Below the pieces are notes generated by a model, which was not told the origin of the DNA, ran no database searches, and worked only from the letters and a program-made list of their open reading frames with translations. Positions 49,418-61,060 of a DNA stretch of 64,000 nt are shown here, piece after piece (position 1 is the stretch's first letter; each line of letters starts with the position of its first letter). Origin of the DNA: Saccostrea echinata. Its lineage: Eukaryota. The DNA is taken from the NCBI RefSeq assembly GCF_033153115.1, contig NW_026889774.1, forward strand, positions 10,850,001 through 10,914,000. The letters run 5' to 3'. Both the position numbers and the translations under genes were made by a program.

Positions 49418-49805
49418 AATTTTTTCCTATATTTTTCTATGTAAAACTCTTATCCCCCATTGTGGCCCCACCCTACCCCCGGGGGTCATGATTTGAACAA
49501 ATTTGAATCTACACTACCCAAGGATACTTCCATATCAATATGACTAATTGTAGCTTTGTTGTTTTTGAGAAAAAGATTTTTTAAAGTTTTTTCCTATATA
49601 TGCCTATGTAAAACTTTGATCCCCCATTGTGGCCTCGACCTACCCCTAGGAGTCATGATTTTTACAAATTTGAATCTACACTATGTAATAAAAGTTCATA
49701 TAAGTTTCAACTTTTCTTGCCCAATGGTTCTTGAGAAGAAGATTTTTAAAACATGACACCAAATTTTCTCAAATTCTTAATTATCTCCCCTTGAAAGAGG
49801 GTGTA

Positions 49806-49839
<34 letters not shown>

Positions 49840-49943
49840 GCAAAAATGCTTTGTGGCAAGTTTGGTTGGAATTGGCCCAGTGTTTCTTGAGAAGTCGAAA
49901 ATGTGAAAAGTTCACAGACAGACAGTCGGACGCCATACAAAAT

Positions 49944-49987
<44 letters not shown>

Positions 49988-52900
49988 TGAATAACTGTCT
50001 GGGCTTTTTTATTTACATGTATGTACATTGTAATCATAGGCATCGAGTATTCTGGGACATTGCGCCCCCTTTTCCAAAGCTTATCTTTAACTGTTAATTT
50101 TGTATAATATTGATCACTGAAAGGCCAGTTTCTATTACAATATAATCAAAAACTCCCATATTGATATTTTTTTTTTAAATTCTTGTACTAAGTTAAACCC
50201 TTCCCCCACCCCTAAGAGGTAAGAGAGAGATGAAAGATTTCAGAGTAAAGGAGCTAGGGTTTGTGATAAATCCTTAAAGACATCTTAGACTGCCTTTAGA
50301 CGCAGTGAGAACTCAACAAGTTTAATTGCATGACAAAGAAATAGTTTATTTTAATATGAATCATAAATTTTAACTGAGAACACAGCATTATGTAATAACA
50401 ATGGGAAAAGCATTTTTTTTTTACAATTATTGCATTACTTGTCATGCTTATGAGGAAAAACAAGAGAAAAAAATGAATCTCTTGAAAACCTATCTTTACT
50501 ACTTATGTACTAAGTTGCACATGGTGCATAACATTAAAATGTACAAAGTATATACAGCATTATCAATAAATTCTTTTGTAATAAAAAAAATTGTGGAGAG
50601 AGCATCCAAAACAAAACTGTTACATAGAAAGATAAAAATATTAGTACATTATTAAGGCCTGCTGTGCAAATCAAAGAGAAAAAAAAAGAGAGAATATAGT
50701 AAGAACTCAGATTTGGTTTATTGGAATGTTTATGTTGAAACATATCAAAAGGTAATAACGTAACTAAGAGATCACTGATTTTTTTTTTCAAGAATCAGTG
50801 CAGAGAATTTTTATTAAAAAATGTATTGGCTGCCATATCAAAAAATGATTTAAAATTTAAGAGGGGAATGAAACTTGAGCTGATGACTCTATTTTAAAAA
50901 CAATCGCAGGCCTGTTGATCTTGAGGTCAATGTTAAAAGGTCAAGATAAAAAAAATCAGTTCTTTGATGTAAAACATAATTACTTGGTTACACTACTCTA
51001 TAAAAATTTCGAACTTATGGGCAGTCTTACAATGTATAAACCCTCTCCTACATTAATGTAAATATACAATAAGGCTCATAATTTATATGTGTTTCTAAAT
51101 ACAATTAATACATGTACATGTATCTTGGATTCAATTAACCCTATGCACAGCTTCAAAATTTACAGCTTTAAATAAATGAGGAATACAATATACAACTTAT
51201 CTATATGAATAAAATTGCCAATTAATATTTTACCAATAGTGGATAAAATGAAAGAAAAAGAAATGAAAAAGTAATTATGTTATACTTAAATATTTCAACA
51301 ACATTATCATTATCAATATCAAATTCTTATACACAGTAAGAAATAATTCAGATATGTGAAGTTGCTAACATATTGTTTGTCCGATGTTATTTAAAGTACT
51401 ATTTAAATATTGCTTATACTATTAAGTTAATAAAAAAGTTAATGGGTGTCTTTATACAAAGACATAAGCAGAGGGAGGGAGGGAGGTTTTTACCACATGT
51501 ATATATTTCTCAAACATAAAATTAAAACATGCCTGAAACGATGACTTGCTAATATATTGTATGAAAAGTGAAAAAAAGTTAAAGAGAAAGGAGAGTTTTG
51601 AGACATAAAATTTATACTTCACTACCTTTGAAAATTTAAAAGAGAAGAAAATATTCCAGAATATCTAAATTTGTTAAAAAAACCCAACAACTTGTATTCA
51701 TATGTGCAATATAATGGGTATAATTTTTTGGGGGGTAGCAGTTTTTGTAGTTTTTAAAAAATACAATATCAAAATAAATGTGAACTTGACATGAAGAAAT
51801 GAAAATGAAACTGCAGAAACTTAAATCTATCGATACTGCCTTTTATAAAGTTATAATCAAAAAGAAAATAAAAGAATTTCCAAATATATTACAATAAACT
51901 AAAACTTAAAGGTGACTTCTTTTTTCATTTCAAAATTAGTCAAATTTTTCTAATTTCATAGGTATGAATGTGTATAATGCTGTATGAATCAATAAATATC
52001 AAAGTAAAAATGAGTTAGGGGAAAAATCAAAATGAAGCAAAATTGAGTTAGGGGTGAGACATAGTCTTGGAGACATCCCCTGCCATTTTTCTCCTAAATG
52101 TGAAAAGAGGAGACTGATTATTCTTTTCAAAAGAGAAAAATAGAAAAGAGAACTAGCTTTATTACAAATATTAGATTTTTTAACAATTTAATCAAGTTTT
52201 CAAATTCACATTAACAGAAGAAAGAGAATATTCTTCTTAACTGAAAAAAGGGGGACAGAGAAAGGTATAGTTTTGATAACAAAAACAATGCTGCATAATA
52301 GTTAATTTATCCATTTTTAAAATTCTTACTTCATGTAAAAATTACCCAAAAAATATTAAATAGCAAAATAGTATTGCTCTATGAAATAAAATGAAATTGC
52401 AAATTCAAACTTATAGCCTTTTATATGGATATAATAAATAAATATATGTTATAATAAAATATACATTTACTTCACACTTGATCTTTTTATGAAAGAAGTA
52501 AAAAAAAATGTCATACTACTAATCAATTTGAAGGAGAGGAAGGGAACTAAAACAAAACTACCTAGGAAGAAAAATATAACTCTGTCTGAATTTAAAAGAA
52601 AAAGAGAGAGTAATAAATCAAAATATTAACTTTTCAACAACAACAACAAAATGGAAGACAAAGAGAATACAATGAAGGAATAACAGTAAGGAAAATTACT
52701 AAAAACTAACTCGGAAAGGTCATTTCTGTGCTTTTCAATTTTTGCACGATTTTGGCATTTTTAACAAAAACTGAAAACTTAAATAGCATTGTTTATTTAC
52801 TGTTCAAATAGCAATGTAAATTTACTGTTTAAAATGAATTTAAAAAAAAATATGAAATAGCAACAATTTTGAACAAAAGAAATTGTCAATGCCTTATATC

Positions 52901-54214
52901 TAACATACTAAAAGAATATATACTTTATATGATGTATTTTCATATTTAAATTTTGAATGAGGATACTTTCCTTATAATTCAGAAAGAAGTAAATTTTTTG
53001 AATGATCATTAAAAGATCAATATTAAAGTAAAACTGAGTTAATATGATTGAGATTATATCCCAAAAGATATTTCCTGTTATCTGTTCCTCTGAATGTAGA
53101 AAAGGTGGGGGACTGATCAGTCCTATCTTCTTAATTCAGCATTGTTAAAAAATCTTTCTACTGAAATTGTCATTCAAATAAACAATAAAATTGTTTTAAG
53201 TTAGATTTGAAAAAATGGAAAACATTAAATTTTGTGATGAATAACTTAAAGCTAACTTAGCTTAGTGGATGAAAAATATTTTTCTCTAATTACATGTATA
53301 TATTTTAAGCCAAGAAAAAAGGTAATTAACCGCAATGAATAGTCCAATGTAATTGTTTGAAAAACATGACACTTAGAATTCAAAATACATTGTATTTAAA
53401 AATAAATTATTAGAGAGCTTACAATTTATGTTGCAACTAATACTTGAGGGAAAATAGAATATTGTTGTCCTATTTGGTTAAGTTTAAAAAAAAAAACATT
53501 TTACTCTGAATAAATAAGAAAAAGAAAAATATTCTTTTTTAATGCCTCTTATTTAAACATATAATGAATAAAAATACCTCCCTTGCTTTTAATCTTAAAT
53601 GTTCAGACAAGCACTGATTAAATATTACATCCCTTGTTTTGTTTTTTTAAAACTTAAATAACTAATCATTAAAAAAATCTTTATAAGAAAATAAAAAAAC
53701 AGAGAAAATCACTTATAAACAGACAGACAATAGTTAAGTAAGTCAGCCTTTTCTTCCATAGAATATCTTGTGATTTAATGCCTTTATAATATGAATTTCA
53801 CAGTCTTCTTAATCCCTAAGTGAACTTCATGATGTTGATGTCATGAGTAATCCTTTGTTTCCCAAATAAAGTCAAATGTTAAGCCATCATTTGATTACTC
53901 CTAGTCTGTACTGTCATAAAAATTTCCAACATGAAAGTGATTATGAAACTATTTTGTTATGTTTTCACTTCACATCCCATGCAGTTGTTGATGATCAATA
54001 ATTGCAAGCATGTAGTCCAAAAAGGTTTCTAGTCTGTCCCTGATCTCTGTATGCATGTCAGAAATTATTCAGTTACATATGATGTGGTGGTGCATGTGGT
54101 ACATGAAATATGGAGATAACAAACAGTAATCAAGCGCAAAATACCATTAAAACAATACAAATCGAGAGCAGAGCATATATCCATAAAGGTGAAGATAAAG
54201 ACGAAGTTTGTTGT

Positions 54215-55545
54215 TAATGTACTTAGCACTGTCCATTAAATTCTGTGAGTTTAGCTGTTTAGTGTGTCCATGTGAGTTAAGCTGTTCAGTGTGTCCATCA
54301 TTTTGTTATAACAATATACTCATCACTATCCATCGAATTCTGTGAGGTTAGCTGTTCAGAGTGTCCATCACTTTGTTATAACAATGTACTCAGCACTGTC
54401 CATTGAATTCCATGAGTTTAGCTGTTTAGTATGTCCATCACTTGTTAATAGTAATGTCATCCATTGAATTCTGTGAGTTAAGCTGTTTAGAGTGTCTATC
54501 ACTTGTTAATAACAATGGACTCAGCACTGTCCATTGAATTCTGTGAGTTAAGCTGTTCAGAGTGTCCATCACTTTGTTATAACAATGTACTCAGCACTGT
54601 CCATTGAATTCTGTGAGGTTAGCAATTTAGTGTCCATCACTTTGTTAATAACAATCTACTCAGCAGTCACCGCCGTCCATTGAATTCTGTGAGTTAAGCT
54701 GTTCAGAGTGTCCATCACTTTGTAATAACAATGTACTCAGCACTGTCCACTGAATTCTGTGAGGTTAGCTATTTAGTGTTCATCACTTTGTTAATAACAA
54801 TGTACTCAGCACTGTCCATTGAATTCTGTGAGGTTAGCAATTTAGTGTCCATCACTTTGTTAATAACAATCTACTCAGCAGTAACCACCGTCCATTGAAT
54901 TCTGTGAGTTAAGCTGTTCAGAGTGTCCATCACTTTGTAATAACAATGTACTCAGCACTGTCCATTGAATTCTGTGAGGTTAGCTATTTAGTGTTCATCA
55001 CTTTGTTAATAACAATCTACTCAGCAGTAACCACCGTCCATTGAATTCTGTGAGTTAAGCTGTTCAGAGTGTCCATCACTTTGTAATAACAATGTACTCA
55101 GCAATGTCCATTGAATTCTGTGAGGTTAGCTATTTACTGTCCATCACTTTATTAATAACAATGTACTCAGCAGTCAGCACTGTCCATTGAATTCTGTGAG
55201 TTTAACTGTTCAAATTGTCCATCACTTTGTTATAACAATGTACTCAACACTGTCCATTGAATTCTGAGTTTAGCTGTTTAGTGTGCCCATCACTTTGTTA
55301 ATAACAATATACTCAGCACTGTCAATTGAAATCTGTGAGTTTAACTGTTCAGAGTGTCAATCCATTTATAAAAATGTACTCAGTACTGTCAATTGAGTTC
55401 TGTGAGTTCAGCTGTTTGATGTTCTCAGCACTGTCCAATGAATTCTGTAAGTTTAGGTATTTAGTATGCCCATCACTTTGTTAATAACAATGTACTTAGC
55501 AATGCAAATTGAATTCTTTTAGTTTAGCTATTTATAGTGTGTCCA
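54215..55545. repeat. ~70-bp minisatellite, ~19 copies, with alternating variants
   Basis: Unit ACTCAGCACTGTCCATTGAATTCTGTGAGTTAAGCTGTTCAGAGTGTCCATCACTTTGTTATAACAATGT, with starts at 54519 and 54589. Confidence 0.96.
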
Positions 55546-57357
55546 ATTTGAAAAAAAGGTGACAAATGGATCCTCCTTGTCCTGAGATTTCGGATCAGAG
55601 GAACCATCCTCTACACTCTCAATAGATGGTGACATAATTAGTTTCCTCTTGGCTAATTTTCTGTAAATGAAAAAAGTATAACAAAAAATATTAAGACAAT
55701 GCAAATCAATGACATTAACTGAAATTTGAAGAAATTTTTAAAAGTATTTATCTCTTATATTCTTTTGTACATATATTCATTTTTGCCACAAAGGGCTGAA
55801 AGTCTGCTTTGCAGTGTAGAATTGAAGGCTAAATATCTAGTCATATTCATCAACAGTATCATAGATAAGTAAGATGGTCACCTGAGTTCTATGAATTTCT
55901 CAGACATGATGACTAAATAAGCCCCAAACAGAACTAGAATTCTAACACTGTGTGACAAAAATTTATTTGTAGAGTTTTCTGCCCTGAGGGTCATGATAAA
56001 CAATATTTTGGTGGAGAGTTTCAAGCTCTTCCTAACCATGCACTTTCTTCCAGATTTGTAGAAAAGATGAAAAGTTTCTAAAATTATGTGCATTTTCACT
56101 ATATGACAATTTTAACCCTACCAAGGAGACAGAATCCATCTTGAGGTTCATTAAAATACTTTGATAAAAGGTTTCTTCCTAACCCTGATACATCAGATTC
56201 TCATGAACCGAGTGAGTAACCAAAAAAGAGTTTCTTAGACCTTGTACATCTTCACTACATAACATTCTGTTCTGGGGGTAAAACCTCAGCCCTTTGTGTC
56301 AAGATTGTCCCCAAATTGATAGAGGAACTTAATGTTTTTCTTTACCTTACATTCAGTTTTTTAAAGATGTGTAGTGGTAATTTTTGTTTGTTTGAAATTT
56401 TATTCAGAAATTTTAGCAGTTTTTGCCCCTTTCCTGAGATCCCAGAGGTATGATTAAGAAGAAAACAATCTATATTCATCTTATCCCTATGCTTTAAATC
56501 AAAGTTGCATAAAATTGGACAGAAAGTATTTAAGAAGTTAAAAATACAGTAAAACATACTAATATGGATGGGCAAAATTTGCTTATTATAAATGTTATAT
56601 CTGTTTAGTTCACAATATATTTAAAATCATAGGGATTTAAAATCACTTCACTATAACCATGAATTCATTATAAGTAAACCTGTTATAAGTTTGTTCTACT
56701 GTATTGAATTGTTACAATGTAATGGACAACAGACAATGCATTAAACATCATGATGGACAAAAATGAATGGCAAAATGTCAACTGATAGACTGAAGTGACC
56801 TTAAAAGTCTTATCATGTGAAAGGTGTACAGCTGGCCCCTTACCATCGCTTCCAGGTCAGGCTGCAGTCCATCCTTACTCTCTGCACTCTTGTTGATGCA
56901 TATTTGTCTATATACAATAACAATATTAATGTCAGTCTGCCTGTAAAGAAACAGTCTGGAGGGGTCATCAAAAATATTAACAAAACTTTAACAAATGAAA
57001 GAGCTAACATAATTTCACAGAATAGAAGGAGTTTGTAGAGCTGGTGTCTTACCTTCATTTTCAGGTCAGCACTCATTGATCTCTTTGAACTCTTCCTGAA
57101 TCATGGCAACTTGCTCTTGGAATCAGGATCAATGCCAGCAAAATCACCTGTCTATGAACCAAAAAAAGACACTAGGAATTCAAGAAATGAGAAATACTCA
57201 TAAAATCTAATGTACATAATGAAATACCTAGAGCTAGTGTCTTACAATTAATTTACGGTTAGGTAGCAGTTAATCCTTATTCCCCCAAGTCTTGTTGTAG
57301 CATGATGGTCTTATCCATGGGATTGAGGTCTGCCTCATCGTCTGCCTGTTAAAAAAG

Positions 57358-58265
57358 AACAGTGAGGCCTAGATGCCTAAATGCTCACCTTAGTCACCTT
57401 GGCCTTGTTATCAGAAGGAAAATTCTTAATTCATATTTTTTTGCCCACCCTAGCTCCAAGGGTTTATAACATTACCTAATTTGAATCAACAAATTCTGGG
57501 GTTGCTTCACCATTATTGCAAATAAAATGGTCTTGCTGTTCTGCAACAGAAGTGAATCCTCTTGGGACTATGATTTGAACAAACTTGAATCTAAAATATA
57601 TCAGGATTAAGCTTCAATATAAGTTTCATCTTTTCTGAGGAGCTGAGCAGAAGATTTGTTAACATTTTTTTCCCTGTGTCTTCCTATGTAAACTATTCAG
57701 CCCTTATTGTACCCCCACCCTACCCCTGAGGATCATGATTTGAACAAACTTGAAACTACACTCTGCCAGGGAGATTTCAGATAAACTTCATTTTTTTCCC
57801 TAGCTCAGTTCTAATGCAGAGGATTTATTTAAAAAATGTTCCCATATGCTCCCATGTAAACATTTGATCCCTCATTTTACCCAATTCCTACTACTGGGAG
57901 CCATAATTTAAATTAACTTGAATCTACACATCAGGAAGCTTCAATATAAGTTTTTTTCCCCTGGAATAATGGTTCATGAAAAGATGATATTTAACTGATT
58001 CAACCCAATATTGACTATTTCTTAATTATCCCCCCTTAAATTACAATGTAGCCCTTCTCTCCTTTCTCAAGTACCTTCCCTTGACTCAGGGTGTAGCTCT
58101 TTATTTGAACAAACTTGAATCCCCTTTTTACACAAGGATGTGGTTGAAATTGGACCAGTAGTTTTGGAGAAGAAGATAAAATTTTGTTAAGTTTACAACA
58201 ACACTCATGATGACACACAACAGACAAACTTCAATCTAAAAGTTCACTTGAGCTCAGGTGATCTA
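57358..58265 (-). mobile_element. Diverged HINE with Cg170-type monomers
   Basis: Degenerate 3' palindrome plus GCTCACCT at ~57360-57390, TGATTTGAACAAACTTGAATCTACAC monomers, and a 5' end TTCACTTGAGCTCAGGTGATCTAA. Confidence 0.8.
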
Positions 58266-58369
58266 AAAAAGAAATCAACACAGTACATGTGCTCAGACTT
58301 GAATCTGACAAACAATGGATTTCTACCTTGCAACTTGATTGAGGTTTACCAAACCATTCCTCTAAAAAC

Positions 58370-59518
58370 ACAAGAGGCCCATGGGCCACAATGCTTACCT
58401 GAGTAACTGTGACCCCTTTTGTTCATCAGCAGATTCTTTTTTTTCCTATATATTTCCATGTTTAACTTGATCACCCATTGTAGCCCCACTCCATCCCCAG
58501 GAGGAGGGGGGGGGGGGGGTCATGATTTGAGCAAACTTGAATCTACACTATCTAAGGATGCTTCTTTCTAAATATGACTAAACATGACTTTACTGTTCCT
58601 GGGGGAAAAAATTTAAGTTTTTTGCTTGTATATTCCTATGTGGAACTTTGATTGCCCATTGTGGCACTTCCCTACCCCCTGTGGTCATGATTTGAACAAG
58701 TTTGAATATACATTACCTGTGGATGTTAATGTTAATGTGACTAAACATAGTTCTTCTGTTCTTGAGAAAATTTTTACAGATTTATTTGTAATCTATGTAA
58801 AACTTAAATTGCCACCCCCCCCCCCCCATGTCATAACCTGAAAACCTGAAAATACACTACCTGTGAATGCTTACATATAAAAATATGACTGATCATGGCT
58901 ATGCTGTTCTTCATCATAAAATTTCTTAAATGCTGTTCTTGAGAGGAAGACTTTTAAAATTTTTCCTATAAATACTCATGTTAAACTTTGAATGCCTATT
59001 GAAGCCCCTCCTAGTCATGATTTGAACAAACTTCAATCTACACTACCAAAAGATGCTTCCATATAAATATGATTAGTCATGCCTTTTCTATTCTTGAGAA
59101 GAAGAGTTTTTCCTACACATTCCCAAGTAAAACTTTTATCACCCATAGTGGCCCCTCCAAACCCTTGGGTTTCATGAATTGAACAAATTTAATCTGTACT
59201 ATGTCAGGAAGTTTTCACATAAATTTTATCTTTTCTGGCTTAGTGGTTCTTAAGAAAAAGATTTTTTTAATGACCCAATCCAATTTTAATTTGTTCTTAA
59301 TTACCTCCCCATGGAAGAGAGTGTGCCCTTCATTTGAACACTTGAATCCCCTTTTCCCAAGGACACTTTTTGCCAACTTTGGTTGAAATTGGCCTAGTGT
59401 TTCTGGATGAAGTTTATGAAGACTGTGACGCAGAAAATAACAACAATGAAAACAATAACAGACAACGAATAATTTTTAATCAGAAAAGCTCACCTGAGAC
59501 TTTGGTCCAGGTGAACTT
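58370..59518 (-). mobile_element. HINE with Cg170-type monomers
   Basis: ACAAGAGGCCCATGGGCCAC at 58370, ~5 monomers, and a 5' end CAGAAAAGCTCACCTGAGACTTTGGTCCAGGTGAACT. Confidence 0.85.
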
Positions 59519-60275
59519 ATAAAAATTCAAGTGGTTAAAGTAGAAAAGTGAAATAGAAAACAGAGATCTAAAAGTACAACAAAAAAAGAGATATCAGAGA
59601 GGAAACAAGACTTCAAATAAAGTAAGAAAGACTAAAAAAAACTCATTAAGTACTAAAAAAAAATTTAAAAATTGCAAAAAAAAGCTTTTTACTTACTCCT
59701 TGGCTAATGATGGCTGCTGGACATAGCTGGGCAATACACTCCTCTTCTTCTGTTAATCTACCCTGGTTCTCCCCTTTCATCTCTCATCCTTGAAAATATA
59801 CGATGAAGACAAGATTCGAAATAATTCAATGCAATGTAAAAATCACAGATATTCAAGTAAACATAATCATTAAATCATTCTTAGTTGGAAAATCAGTTAG
59901 CAAAAAACAAAAACAAACAAACAAACAAAAACAATAAGATTAATAAGGTTAGGGTAGGAATCAGAAGAGGGGACAAGATGAGATGGATAGTTAGTTATGT
60001 TAGAGTAGGGAGGAGATAGGAGAAAGAAAAGTCAGAAAGGCTTAAATAAAAAGTACTTCTTATAAGGCCCTCGCTGTTTAAGTGGGTCCTGATGATGTTA
60101 AAATAAAATGAAGTAGAGCTTGAATCTTACCATGAATTCTACTCATGGCGGCAGTTGATTGAGAGAGGGGATTACTTCAGGATCCTGGTCAGCCAACACA
60201 TTCTTCTGCTAACAAAGAAAAAACAGAGACATCAAAAAAGGAACACTTGCATTTCATATCAAGTGACAAGTTTAA

Positions 60276-60280
<5 letters not shown>

Positions 60281-60317
<37 letters not shown>

Positions 60318-61057
60318 CTTTGGCCATGCTGTTCATTACCAGATATCCCCCCTTGTAATACCTCTTGTGGCCCCACCATACAACGGGGGTCATGATTTGA
60401 ACAATTTAGAATCTACACTACCCCAGGATGCTTCCACATAAGTTTCAGCTTTTCTGGTCCAATGGTTCTTGAGAAGATTTTGAAAGATTTTTCCTGCACA
60501 TTTCAATGTAAAACTTGGATTCCCTATTATGACTCCACCCTACCCCAGGGGTCATGATTTGAACAATTTAGAATCTACACTACTTGAGGATGCTTCTACA
60601 TAAGTTTCAGCTTTTCTGGCCCAGTTGTGCTTGAAAAGAAGATTTTAAAAGATTTTTTCTTACATATTTCAATGTAAAACTTGGATTCCCTATTGTCGCT
60701 TCGGCCTACCCCTGGGGGTCAAGATTTTAACAATTTAGAATCTACACTATCCCAGGATGCTTCTACATAAGTTTCATTTTTCTTTGGCCCAGTGGTTCTT
60801 GAGAAGAAGATTTTATAATGACCCCACCCTATTTTCCTCTTTTCTTGATTATCTCCACTTCTAAGGGGACTTGGCGCTTTATTTTCACAATTTGAACTTC
60901 GCTTTACCAAAGAATACTTTGTACCAAGTTTGGTTAGAATTAGCCCAGTGGTTCTTGAGAAGAAGCTGAAAATGTGAAAAGTTTACGGACAGATGGATAA
61001 ACGACGGACAACAGGTGAACAGAAAAGCTAACTTCAGCTTTCAGCTCAGATGAGCTA
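60281..61057 (-). mobile_element. Complete HINE with ~3 monomers inserted in an intron of the repeated cassette
   Basis: Both termini are present. The flanks join to give the empty-site sequence seen in the neighbouring tandem units. Confidence 0.92.
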
Positions 61058-61060
61058 AAA

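Larger units (their letters stand above)
46786..49987 (-). mobile_element. Outer HINE with Cg170-type monomers (contains nested elements)
   Basis: 3' end ACAAGAGGCCCATGGGCCACATCGCTCACCTGA at 46786. 5' end AGCTCACTTGAGCTTTCAGCTCAGGTGAGCTAA at ~49955-49987. Confidence 0.88.
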
